Below, piece after piece: positions 1 to 8,479 of a stretch of DNA of 64,000 nucleotides. Within the stretch, counting starts at the first letter, position 1, and the number at the start of each line of letters is the position of its first letter. Source of the stretch: a virus. Taxonomy: Duplodnaviria; Caudoviricetes. The stretch is from positions 64,001 through 128,000 of IMG/VR virus record IMGVR_UViG_3300005326_000040; one strand, given 5' to 3'. The notes under the pieces are model-generated. The model was given only the letters and a program-made list of their open reading frames with translations, did no database searches and had not been told where the DNA came from. Both the position numbers and the translations under genes were made by a program.

Positions 1-776
1 TAGGACCAAAGACTTCCCCAACCATCCCCAGAACGATAAATCATAATATGTCCGCTGCTTCCATTGTTGTATACTAAAGCGTCGCCCTCTAGCATAGAAC
101 CCCTGGAAACAGTCTTCCATAAAGAACTGGTACCATTGAAACTGCTCGTGCTGTAGGGATGTTCATCGTCCGTCAACTCAGAATTATATGACGGAACTTC
201 CCAAGCCTTCGCTACCATTCCAGAACAGTCCGCTCCATAACTTCCACTATGAGAACAACTAGGGCAGGAGCCGCTACAATAGCCCTTGGTTGAATTGTTT
301 GGACCTTCCCCTCGCCATCGTCCATGTCCCCACCAATAAGAAAAGCCTACGGCCGATTGCGCCCGACTAACAATACGTTTGCGCAATTCGTTACCATCAT
401 TGCTCAATTCGTTCCCGTCGTTGCTCAAATTGTAAACCTTCAAATAACTTCCATGAACCCAACCAACCGTCCCAGCTTGCTTTACTTGATAAAAAGAACT
501 CGTTGGCGAGCCTGATTTCACAGCAACTACTGTCGTCCCTTCCGCTAATACCTTTAGAATCCCATAAGATGTAGAAGGGCCTTTTCGAAAATTAACATTT
601 GCCGTCGTTATCAGCGTCGTACCAGATTCTATGTAGCTCGATAACCCCTCGCCGCTAATGTCAATGTCATCAGGCACACCATAAATTTCTGCCGATTCTA
701 CCGCCGGGGCAGCTAAAGAACAACCAAATGTTATGGAGGAGAAAACAACCAGAAAGAATTGAAAAAGCTTGTACAT
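1..776 (-). CDS. Lipoprotein with SH3b domain and NlpC/P60-type Cys peptidase (peptidoglycan hydrolase); runs off the window edge
   Basis: Not in the ORF track; hand-translated from ATG 776: MYKLFQFFLVVFSSITFGC (lipobox), TTANVNFRKGPSTSYGILKVL...GWVHGSYL (SH3b), GFSYWWGHGRW...GADCSGMVAKAW...GDALVYNNGSSGHIMIY (NlpC/P60 Cys/His). Confidence 0.85.
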   Translation of the reverse strand, partial: MYKLFQFFLVVFSSITFGCSLAAPAVESAEIYGVPDDIDISGEGLSSYIESGTTLITTANVNFRKGPSTSYGILKVLAEGTTVVAVKSGSPTSSFYQVKQAGTVGWVHGSYLKVYNLSNDGNELSNDGNELRKRIVSRAQSAVGFSYWWGHGRWRGEGPNNSTKGYCSGSCPSCSHSGSYGADCSGMVAKAWEVPSYNSELTDDEHPYSTSSFNGTSSLWKTVSRGSMLEGDALVYNNGSSGHIMIYRSGDGWGSLWS

Positions 777-806
777 ACATTAACTGTATGCAACGACTAT
801 GCCATC

Positions 807-1145
807 TTATATTTTGAATAAACATGGATAAATTAATCTATAGATAGCTCGGTCAAGCTTGAAATATACTTTATCAACCCTGGCGTAAACATGAAATCCA
901 AACGCAACTTCTTCGCTTAGCCCCGGCATATATCCGCTGAGAATGACAAAATCACTATCGATTTTACCTCGCAGCTTCATCATGTATTCTTTCAATACAT
1001 CCCCTACAAATATTCGCATTTCAGATTGAGCTTGAGAATCACGAGCCGAACGAAAAACAAATTTTTGTTGGGCTTGATATTTCAAGTCATAACTAATAAC
1101 TCTTACTGTGTCTTCTGGAGATGCCCCCATAATAGATTTTTTCAT
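807..1145 (-). CDS. Hypothetical protein, IYPC paralog 1
   Basis: Start moved to ATG 1145 (ATGA overlap with the upstream gene); MKLRG...RLIYPC motif. Confidence 0.75.
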   Translation of the reverse strand: MKKSIMGASPEDTVRVISYDLKYQAQQKFVFRSARDSQAQSEMRIFVGDVLKEYMMKLRGKIDSDFVILSGYMPGLSEEVAFGFHVYARVDKVYFKLDRAIYRLIYPCLFKI

Positions 1146-1561
1146 GGCTGAAACGTCGCGTATAAGTTTCTGGTGTACAGTTTTGAATATATCTCTTTCC
1201 AAAAACACGGATAAATTGTTTTGGCTATTGCTTCGCAAATATTATACTTGCGTTCATCTATAACAATATACGCAGTTTCAAACCAGTTTTCTTCTAACTT
1301 AATAACAACCTTAAATGAACAATCCACTTGACCGCGAAGCATTACCATAAACTTTTGTAGCTTATGCTCTATAAACCCCTCTATACGAATTGCGCTGCTT
1401 TCGCCTTCTATTCTCTTTCCAACAAAACCTTTTTGTAAATCCATAAAAACATCTACATAAAGAAGCCGAACTACCTCGTCCGGTCGTTTCCCCTCAAGAG
1501 TTTTTAATAGATTTCTGTATTTCGCGCTATACAGAGAATCTTCTATTATTTGTACTGGCAT
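1142..1561 (-). CDS. Hypothetical protein, IYPC paralog 2
   Basis: VMLRG...KTIYPC motif, tandem position. Confidence 0.8.
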   Translation of the reverse strand: MPVQIIEDSLYSAKYRNLLKTLEGKRPDEVVRLLYVDVFMDLQKGFVGKRIEGESSAIRIEGFIEHKLQKFMVMLRGQVDCSFKVVIKLEENWFETAYIVIDERKYNICEAIAKTIYPCFWKEIYSKLYTRNLYATFQP

Positions 1562-1959
1562 GGGTAAATTAACCTTCCAATAGCTTCTTCAAAACTCACG
1601 CATAAATGAGAATCAATAGTCAAATCAATAGTAATGGTTGGTGAATTTATTTGTGAGAAATGTGCTTCTCTTACCTTTACTTCATAAGGTATAGTTGAAC
1701 AACCCCGTAAACCAAGAGCAAATTCCTCAAATGTATGTCTGATTGCATTTGTAACATTGGCAATTATATTACCGGCTTTACAATTTTCCCAACTTTTCCA
1801 ATCCCTTCCACAATTGCGCAAATAATATTGCAAACAGCCAACAATAAATTCCGTAAGCTCTTTGATTACTTGCTTGGGATTATTGTACTTGATTCTTTCA
1901 AGCATTAAATGCAGCGCTTTGTCTTCAATAATATCAGGATCCATAACTAACGTCCTCAA
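1546..1959 (-). CDS. Hypothetical protein, IYPC paralog 3
   Basis: LGLRG...RLIYPC motif. Confidence 0.8.
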   Translation of the reverse strand: MRTLVMDPDIIEDKALHLMLERIKYNNPKQVIKELTEFIVGCLQYYLRNCGRDWKSWENCKAGNIIANVTNAIRHTFEEFALGLRGCSTIPYEVKVREAHFSQINSPTITIDLTIDSHLCVSFEEAIGRLIYPCQYK

Positions 1960-2375
1960 TCATAGCAGTTGGAGTCGTCGTATCCAGTATTCTCCGCCCA
2001 CCACGCTTGATACGCTGCGTCATCTTCAACGTCAGGCATAGTTCCACTAGAAACGCTGGTAGCGCTCGTCGCCTTCTGCAATTCTTCAACAGACGTTTCG
2101 TCCAAATACTTCACGCCATACTCAATAAAATCTCTCGCTTCTTCGGAGGTATCAAAGAAGTCAAAAGAATATGCCTTGCTATGGGTAATGTCCGCTCGAA
2201 ATCTTCCCTTACATTCGCTGCAATTACATTTGAAAACGGTGCCCAAAGGAGATCTCAAACAATCGCCAGACTCAATATATTGCCATACCATAAGCCCTTT
2301 ACGATTGATCATCGTCCATTCATATTCCATAACGGATTCTTTATTCTCTGTATTTTCTGTAGACATCATCAACAC
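1956..2375 (-). CDS. Hypothetical protein
   Basis: Tiles the leftward operon; start uncertain. Confidence 0.7.
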   Translation of the reverse strand: MLMMSTENTENKESVMEYEWTMINRKGLMVWQYIESGDCLRSPLGTVFKCNCSECKGRFRADITHSKAYSFDFFDTSEEARDFIEYGVKYLDETSVEELQKATSATSVSSGTMPDVEDDAAYQAWWAENTGYDDSNCYD

Positions 2376-2691
2376 TTTCTTGCCGGGCTTTGATATATCT
2401 TTCCGTTAGAATAACTCTTTTTATAAACTCATCATTCGAAAGCTCTTCCGTGTCATGATGGTAAAGATAATGGTTGAACACAAATGAAGTCGTTACTTCC
2501 CCATATGTTCCAAATTCTCTAATGCGTAAAGGCTCTCCGCAAACATCACAACGAATATACCTTCTTCGCCATCGCCCATTTCCTCTTACCAAGAACCTTC
2601 GCCATTGCCTCCGTAGCTTTCCCCATAATGTCCTTGGCCTGTACAAAGATTTTTCTTTCTCAGGCGGGCTACGATATGGATGATTTACCAT
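2341..2691 (-). CDS. Basic protein with PYRSPPE motif and CxxC..H, paralog of 2685-3002
   Basis: PYRSPPE...YRPRT..GKLR...RCDVCGE. Confidence 0.8.
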   Translation of the reverse strand: MVNHPYRSPPEKEKSLYRPRTLWGKLRRQWRRFLVRGNGRWRRRYIRCDVCGEPLRIREFGTYGEVTTSFVFNHYLYHHDTEELSNDEFIKRVILTERYIKARQESVDDVYRKYRE

Positions 2692-3002
2692 GGTCCATTA
2701 TCGTTTGTATAACATTTAAACATCTCTTCAACCAACATCTTTGTCGTTGCATGCCCAGGATGCTCTTTTTGATAATGTTTTAAATATCTATCCCATAATA
2801 TGGGGTCAAAACAATAATATGGCATTCGCACATTGGCTTCGCCACAAATTTCACATCGTTCAAATCTCTTCTTCCAAGTCCCACGTTTCCAAACCAGAAA
2901 CTTTCTCCGGATAGAGCGAAGTTTACCTATCCAAGTTCTGGGCCGATAAACTTTTTTCTCTTCTTCCGGCGGGCTGCGATATGGACCAAGAGAATTCATC
3001 AC
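2685..3002 (-). CDS. Basic protein with PYRSPPE motif and CxxC..H
   Basis: PYRSPPE...YRPRT..GKLR...RCEICGE. Confidence 0.8.
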   Translation of the reverse strand: MMNSLGPYRSPPEEEKKVYRPRTWIGKLRSIRRKFLVWKRGTWKKRFERCEICGEANVRMPYYCFDPILWDRYLKHYQKEHPGHATTKMLVEEMFKCYTNDNGPW

Positions 3003-3316
3003 TCTACAAAGTGATAGTTTGATAAACCATTATAAGATCCTACTTGCTTAGCTGTTTCGTTTCTTTCTTCAGAAAACTCCGAAAGCCAAACCGACCGATG
3101 ATTCGTACAATTGTCTATACTCTCAAGAAAGAATATCTTGTCGTTTTTGTAAATTACCTTATATTGCTCAAAAGCATAATACGTAAACTTTCCTTTTGAA
3201 TACCCAATACTATAATCAAACCTCATCCCAACTTCAATATTGTCCCATGGAATGTGCCGTAAACTCTGCCTGCCATACCTGCGAGCTTCGTATTCTTTTT
3301 CAGTAATCTCTTTCAT
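2999..3316 (-). CDS. Hypothetical protein, paralog of 4290-4688
   Basis: WDNIEVGMRF..IGY / VIYKND vs WENFVVGMKF..LGY / VVYKTD. Confidence 0.75.
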   Translation of the reverse strand: MKEITEKEYEARRYGRQSLRHIPWDNIEVGMRFDYSIGYSKGKFTYYAFEQYKVIYKNDKIFFLESIDNCTNHRSVWLSEFSEERNETAKQVGSYNGLSNYHFVE

Positions 3317-3325
3317 TTTTCTTCC

Positions 3326-4093
3326 CTACGGAGCATTCACATCGAAGTAGTTAATATCACAAGACAATTCTTTGAGCCCGGCGGTAGCAAGAGTTGCTAA
3401 AGTTTTTCCTAAATCATCTTCAATTTCAAAAAACTGAGAGCTATCTCCTGTCCTATCCCAAAACTTAATGCTTTGATTCACATGCCCATAATGATCAAAA
3501 CTTTGAGTGAGTGTCGTTTGCTGGTTGAAATTCCTACAGTAATACAAATGCCGGCTCGCTCCAACATTACCAGTCGTTACAATTCCTGCCCACTTCTCCG
3601 TTACTGATGCTAAGTCTGTTCTAGAAAGCGCCATCCATCCAGCATTTCGAATCAAACCTGTGCTGATGTTCCCTATGTTCCAACCGTCTGTCAAAAGATA
3701 AAAACTGGGGCTGACAGAAATTATGGGGCAAATGATGTTCGATAAACCTTTACCGTGTCTATCCGCTGCCCATTCTCGCTTCAAACAATTATATAGACAT
3801 TCAAGTTCTACCCCGCCATTTATCGGAATATTGCTTGCTACACCATTGTTCAAAGCATAACGATGTAAATGAATTAGCTTTCTTCCCACATCAATATATA
3901 CTTCCCCGTCCCCATAACTAGCTCCATCGCTTAACTTTGTTGGGTCTTTCAATATATTCAATGAGCCGCCGCTCTTACTTTGAAATGCTCCAGGCGGCAT
4001 AAAACCCTTAATCTTAGCAGAAGTAAACCCATTCAAAGGCTTTCTAGTAATCCCTTCATGCTCTTCCCCACCATCAAACGCATCAAATTTCAT
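3326..4093 (-). CDS. Hypothetical protein (255 aa)
   Basis: Long ORF in operon, SD-like GGAG upstream. Confidence 0.8.
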   Translation of the reverse strand: MKFDAFDGGEEHEGITRKPLNGFTSAKIKGFMPPGAFQSKSGGSLNILKDPTKLSDGASYGDGEVYIDVGRKLIHLHRYALNNGVASNIPINGGVELECLYNCLKREWAADRHGKGLSNIICPIISVSPSFYLLTDGWNIGNISTGLIRNAGWMALSRTDLASVTEKWAGIVTTGNVGASRHLYYCRNFNQQTTLTQSFDHYGHVNQSIKFWDRTGDSSQFFEIEDDLGKTLATLATAGLKELSCDINYFDVNAP

Positions 4094-4293
4094 CGCCGCG
4101 CTCCAAGAATTATAAGATCCTTCTCGCTAACAGCAAATAATACACAACTCCTGTCCCCTTCTTTTGTCGGCTTCGTCGCACATACTACCACTCCAGCGCT
4201 CTGCCCCTCTCCACAAAATTGAAAATATCCCTTCCTCCCAGCATGATATGGATGATTATCTACCACTTCCACCGCTTGATTCTTCTTCATCAC
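4090..4293 (-). CDS. Hypothetical protein
   Basis: ATGA overlaps on both sides. Confidence 0.7.
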   Translation of the reverse strand: MMKKNQAVEVVDNHPYHAGRKGYFQFCGEGQSAGVVVCATKPTKEGDRSCVLFAVSEKDLIILGARR

Positions 4294-4688
4294 TTTTCCC
4301 CATCGCGGACCAAATACAAATCGCGCATCAAATACGATGAATATAATACGCCGCTCTCAAAATCCCGCCGACCAACTACATAAGGTGACCCATCCTCCCT
4401 CTCCAATACCATATACCTGTCCGTCTTGTATACCACCGCCCTTATGGTCCGACCATATCTCCGCTCCTCTTGCGGTATCTTCTTGTATTCATAATTCTTG
4501 TTATACCCCAAACAAAATGAACAAAACTTCATCCCAACAACAAAATTCTCCCACTTTATCTCCACCGCTCGCTTCAATCCGTAAGTTTCATTCTTAAATT
4601 CTTCCCACGTATATGCCTTCTTTTCCATCCTCTCGCCTCCAACCTGTATCCTACACCCTCCCCCTTCCCTTGTCAACCAAACCCTCAA
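4290..4688 (-). CDS. Hypothetical protein, paralog of 2999-3316
   Basis: Shared motifs; coupled to neighbours. Confidence 0.75.
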   Translation of the reverse strand: MRVWLTREGGGCRIQVGGERMEKKAYTWEEFKNETYGLKRAVEIKWENFVVGMKFCSFCLGYNKNYEYKKIPQEERRYGRTIRAVVYKTDRYMVLEREDGSPYVVGRRDFESGVLYSSYLMRDLYLVRDGEK

Positions 4689-5098
4689 TTCGCAGGCTCT
4701 CGCTCAGGTATCTTCTTCTTTTCCTTCTCCTTAGGCTCCGTCCGTAACGTCCCATATGCTACAAATCCACCACCACATCTATGCCCATTATACTCCACCA
4801 ATGATTCATATCGCGGCACTAATATCAGCCCAAGTGTCCCTATCTTCCTCTTCTTCAATTGCTCCTCTATCTTCCCACGTATATACCCAGATATCGTCTC
4901 CTCTCCCCTTTTCTCATGATCCTTACACTCTACCTCTATCACAAAACTATGCACCGCACCTAATCCATCCCCTCCCGTTACATAACTCTTGTTCCCCAAT
5001 AACGGCCCTACCTTATACCCAACCCCCATCACCGCTAACTTTACCGCATCACTTATCCCAGCCGTCAATGTCACGATATACAACTGCCATTTACACAT
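4685..5098 (-). CDS. Hypothetical protein, first gene of the leftward unit
   Basis: AGGAGG SD and promoter directly upstream. Confidence 0.75.
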   Translation of the reverse strand: MCKWQLYIVTLTAGISDAVKLAVMGVGYKVGPLLGNKSYVTGGDGLGAVHSFVIEVECKDHEKRGEETISGYIRGKIEEQLKKRKIGTLGLILVPRYESLVEYNGHRCGGGFVAYGTLRTEPKEKEKKKIPEREPAN

Positions 5099-5116
5099 CG
5101 CTTCCTCCTACTCCCC

Positions 5117-5145
5117 ACCCTACACTACCAAATCCCCTATGTCAA
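5117..5145 (-). promoter_or_regulatory. Sigma70-type promoter for the leftward operon
   Basis: Minus strand TTGACA-17 nt-TAGGGT, with TG upstream of the -10. Confidence 0.6.
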
Positions 5146-5188
5146 TCTACGGCCAATTTCCCTTTTTTAAACTCCGGAGCAAAGCCAG

Positions 5189-5362
5189 CAAAATAAATCT
5201 TCCCAAAAAAACACTTAATAACTTAACTTAAACTTAAACCTTAACCCCAAATTTTATTTATACCATTTCCTATATACACCCAAACCCCAATAAAATTTAA
5301 ATCCACCCCCTTCCCCTTCTCTTTATACACCCTATACCATATACACTATACACTCTCTCTTA
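5189..5362. other. 174-nt tract with no G on the plus strand
   Basis: Direct reading: last G 5188, next G 5363. Confidence 0.95.
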
Positions 5363-5414
5363 GAGAATACTCTCTTAGATAATATACACACACATACTAT
5401 CGCCGTACCGGCCC

Positions 5415-5640
5415 CTGGTTAATTACTTGGGTTTACCACTGGTGCCCTCTGGTCAATTACTGGAGTTTGAAGATATTTATACCTGGAGTCGTCTGGTTAA
5501 TCACTGGAGTTTACTGCTAGTGCCTTCTGGTCAATTACTGGAGTTTGAAGATATTTATACCTGGAGTTTGGAGTTATTTATACCTGGAGTCGTCTGGTTA
5601 ATTACTGGAGTTTGCTGGTCTGTAATTTCTGGATATTATG
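5415..5640. repeat. Array of CTGG(A/T) units, mostly 10-14 bp apart, including an exact 42-nt direct repeat
   Basis: TCTGGTCAATTACTGGAGTTTGAAGATATTTATACCTGGAGT at 5448-5489 and 5526-5567; recurring CTGGTTAATTA / CTGGAGTTT units. Confidence 0.9.
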
Positions 5641-5813
5641 GATTACAGTGACACTGTTACTTTTCGTAAAAACTTATGCTACAACGTTAAAAATTACCCC
5701 AAATATACATCAATAATAACAATGACTTACGAAGGTGTTAGTTTTTAGATGTTTTGATTTGGTTTAAAGTGGTGGAGAGTGGGGATAAATGGGTTGTGAT
5801 ATCCTTTTGACGT

Positions 5814-5853
5814 GGGCCGGGCGCCGGGGCCGCCAGGGGGCCTAGGGGGTGGG
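5814..5853 (+). other. G-quadruplex-compatible G-run cluster
   Basis: GGGccGGGcgccGGGGccgccaGGGGGcctaGGGGGtGGG: six G3+ tracts, loops 1-6 nt. Confidence 0.55.
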
Positions 5854-5917
5854 CCTAGTGTCACGTCACGCGCTGTGATGCCATCTAGTGTGATGCAACG
5901 TCGTATAGTGTAACGTA

Positions 5918-6017
5918 GCGCAGTGACCATATATTGCACTATATCGTCACTCGGTCTGCGGTGTCGTGTAGCGTAGCGTAGGCCAGCGCAGTGACCATAT
6001 ATTGCACTATATGGTCA
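5918..6017. repeat. Two copies of a 27-nt palindrome-forming element
   Basis: GCGCAGTGACCATATATTGCACTATAT at 5918-5944 and 5986-6012; second copy folds TGACCATATA-ttgcac-TATATGGTCA. Confidence 0.85.
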
Positions 6018-6040
6018 AACCGCCTAACCCTGCCGTTACC

Positions 6041-6068
6041 TTTTGCGCGACGCTTCCCATGGTATCAT
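6041..6068 (+). promoter_or_regulatory. Possible extended -10 promoter for the rightward unit
   Basis: TG-G-TATCAT at 6060-6068; -35 weak. Confidence 0.4.
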
Positions 6069-6074
6069 TAAAGT

Positions 6075-6345
6075 ATAAGGTAATGGTTCGGGGGATAATC
6101 CCCTTCCGAAACCTTATGGTTCCCCGATGTTTCCCCTAACGTTATCCAGGGGTTACTAGTGGGTTCTCCGGGCGTTCTAGAGCGCTGGCAATAAACCAGT
6201 AAGGAACCGATCTGCCCCTAGTTAGGGGTTATTAGGGTTCCGAGAACAACCTAACGGCGCAAAGCCTGGGGAATCTAACGGTAACCTTTGGGCAATCAAA
6301 GGGAAACCAAAAGCCTGACCCAGCAGGATAACTGGGATTCCACGG
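6075..6345 (+). ncRNA. Structured leader / ncRNA candidate, homologous to 10070-10340
   Basis: Four co-linear shared motifs and several hairpins (see findings). Confidence 0.55.
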
Positions 6346-6353
6346 AGTTTACA

Positions 6354-7055
6354 ATGTCGTTCGCCAAGTCGTTCGCCGCTCGCGTTCTCTCCGCTGCTTC
6401 CGCTCAGCAGACCGCTCCGGCTCCGCAGGTTGCTCCGGTTGCCCAGGCCGCTCCGGCAATTCCGGGAACCGCTGCTCCGGTCATCCCTGGAATGGCGCCT
6501 TCGGTTCCGGTGGCGCCCCAGGCCACCGTCACGCTGGAAGCCATCAGGGCGGTCGTTGCGTCGGCTTACCCGACGCTCAACGCCGGACAGCACGACGCCA
6601 TCACCACCAACATCGCTCGGCTGACCGGGTTGCCGGTCACCGGGGCTCCGCCGAAGAACCTCGGCGGCTACGCCGCCGCAGCGGCGTTCGTCCTCAAGTC
6701 CATCCCTGGCGGGCTGGAGTTGCTCCAGGCCCAGGAGAAGAAGGGGTTGGGAAAGCGCGTGACCGACTTCCACACGGGCGTCACCGTCTGGAAGCAGGCT
6801 GATGTGCTTCGCCACGATGCTGAGACTGGGCTGGTCGTGCAGGGAAAGGAAGGGAACGCCTATCGGTCGGTGACCTTCACCGATGGCAGGGACAAGTCTG
6901 GGCAAACGCTGCGCAAGGCTCTCGTGAGTGCCCTGGCTCCCAAGGGAGCCGTCGAGACGTTGTTGGCGGCTCTGTGCCTCGCCCGGTCGTTTGGCATCAC
7001 CGATGAGATGATCCAGGAACTCGTCACCCGCAGCGCCGCCATCATGTCCAAGTAG
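6354..7055 (+). CDS. Ala/Pro-rich N-terminus protein, paralog of 46750-47583
   Basis: ATG 6354 after GGAG; EAIRAVVASAYPTL vs EAIATVVKATYPTL; strongly GC-biased codons. Confidence 0.85.
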   Translation: MSFAKSFAARVLSAASAQQTAPAPQVAPVAQAAPAIPGTAAPVIPGMAPSVPVAPQATVTLEAIRAVVASAYPTLNAGQHDAITTNIARLTGLPVTGAPPKNLGGYAAAAAFVLKSIPGGLELLQAQEKKGLGKRVTDFHTGVTVWKQADVLRHDAETGLVVQGKEGNAYRSVTFTDGRDKSGQTLRKALVSALAPKGAVETLLAALCLARSFGITDEMIQELVTRSAAIMSK

Positions 7056-7074
7056 TTCCCTTCTACGTACCCAC

Positions 7075-7136
7075 CTATTCGCCCCTGGTACTGACCCTCA
7101 AAGGGTTGGTGCCAGGGGCACCCTTTTACCCGTTAA
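7075..7136 (+). repeat. Intergenic hairpin R0 (divergent family member)
   Basis: GCCCCTGGTACTGACCC / GGGTTGGTGCCAGGGGC stem, then GTTAA. Confidence 0.6.
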
Positions 7137-7255
7137 AGCCCCTGTAGTTCAAGGGGTTTTAACCACTACCCCTGCGGGGGATTGGAGGGACGACTCAAGG
7201 TGAGTCATGCTCCCTCATTGGGATTCAATAGGGTGTAAACCCGCAGGAGATTACC

Positions 7256-7903
7256 ATGAATAGTTCGATTACCCGCAAGGCTTTCATCGCGATGCTCAAT
7301 ACGTTCGTTCGTCAGATGGAAGGCGTCATTGACGCCTGGAACGCCATTGAACGGATGAACCATATCTGCGCCGACGTTGAGGCGCAGATCTTCAGCAACA
7401 ATAGTGACCGCTACCACGACGGTAGCGTGACCACAACTGATTACAACATCCTTCTGCGAGGGCAGAAGGTGGGGTACGTTCGGGTGCGGGAAACTCACGA
7501 ATATCGGGAGGAAAGGGAGGTCTTTGTCTCCTTCACCGAGCTTTCCCCTCGCGAATGGCGGGAGCGGAAGGCTTCACAGCGGGCTGCGGCCCGCCGTCAT
7601 CAGGAGGCGTACGACGCCTCCCGTGAAGTCGTCGCTGCCGCCCTGGCGGCGGGGCAGTCCGTCCGTGTCCAAGATGGACAGAAAGGGGGGGTTTTCGTGA
7701 TTGGCGACCACAGGGTCGCCGCTGTGCGGCTTCTCACCTCGGCGTATTTCGGTTTCTCTGAGGAAGAGGCGAATCGTCGCCTCGGGGAGGCTTGGTACAA
7801 GGGTAGTGACAGTTGGGGGGGATTCACATTCACCCTCAACCCCGAGTTGGCACATCGCCAGTTCGGTCGTCCTACCAGCATCGAATGGGAGATGACGGCC
7901 TGA
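7256..7903 (+). CDS. Hypothetical protein (215 aa)
   Basis: GCAGGAG-attacc-ATG start. Confidence 0.85.
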   Translation: MNSSITRKAFIAMLNTFVRQMEGVIDAWNAIERMNHICADVEAQIFSNNSDRYHDGSVTTTDYNILLRGQKVGYVRVRETHEYREEREVFVSFTELSPREWRERKASQRAAARRHQEAYDASREVVAAALAAGQSVRVQDGQKGGVFVIGDHRVAAVRLLTSAYFGFSEEEANRRLGEAWYKGSDSWGGFTFTLNPELAHRQFGRPTSIEWEMTA

Positions 7904-7919
7904 GGGCCTCTTTCCCAGT

Positions 7920-7980
7920 CGCCGATGTTTGCCCCTTTCTCAGCCTTCGGCTGGGGGAGGGGCGTTCTTTCGGCGGTTAA
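7920..7980 (+). repeat. Intergenic hairpin R1
   Basis: CGCCGA-tgttt-GCCCCT...cagccTTCggctg...AGGGGC-gttctt-TCGGCG-GTTAA. Confidence 0.9.
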
Positions 7981-8105
7981 AAGCAACCGCCTCTGAGGGG
8001 CGGTATACAAGTACCCTGACGTGAACGAAGGCTTTCCCTACCTTTGGTGAATACCCTATGGGGTAAAGGGGAGACGGTAACATTATCCCACCGACAAGCG
8101 GATAT

Positions 8106-8173
8106 GTAGCACAATGTGGAACCTAATGAGTTATTGGCATTAGGGATGGGTTCGATTCCCATATGTGCTGCCG
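8106..8173 (+). ncRNA. D-armless tRNA-like RNA
   Basis: GTAGCACA/TGTGCTGC acceptor, CCTAATG/CATTAGG arm with 9-nt loop, ATGGG-TTCGATT-CCCAT T-arm; no CCA. Confidence 0.5.
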
Positions 8174-8256
8174 AGTGAAGATAATTCTTTCATTCGATTG
8201 TGGAGCATTCACAAGTAACAGGGTGTGAGTGGATTGAATCTCCAATCCAACTCTAA

Positions 8257-8363
8257 CTGGGTTTAGCTCAAGGGTAGAGCAACTTATGTTTCAAGGTCCT
8301 TCCTAACCAGCGGGACACCGAAACATAGGGATATATCGAGTTCAAGTCTCGATAGCCCAGCCA
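8257..8363 (+). ncRNA. tRNA-like RNA with a greatly enlarged anticodon arm, ends CCA
   Basis: CTGGGTT/AGCCCAG-CCA acceptor, GCTC-AAGGGTA-GAGC D-arm, ATCGAG-TTCAAGT-CTCGAT T-arm; 10-bp stem CTTATGTTTC/GAAACATAGG enclosing 27 nt. Confidence 0.75.
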
Positions 8364-8479
8364 AGTTAGTTGTCCTTTTCCTCTTCGGGGGATTAGCCCA
8401 TAGGGACGTGGGCACACCAGCCGTTATGTGGACGGTTGGAATGATTGTTGGGGTAATCCCCGTTGAAGGAGAATGAATC

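Noticed and set aside
5415-5640. CRISPR array
   Set aside because: Units are short, overlapping and non-identical, with no unique spacers and no cas genes. The gene-separated R repeats are not CRISPR either.
5427-5939. ORFs 5427-5651 and 5745-5939
   Set aside because: Translations of the repeat array and G-rich tract, with no SD.
8282-8330. Archaeal-type bulge-helix-bulge tRNA intron in the 8257 element
   Set aside because: The two 3-nt unpaired segments (AAG, ACC) face each other as a symmetric internal loop rather than flanking the 4-bp helix, and excision gives no canonical anticodon loop.
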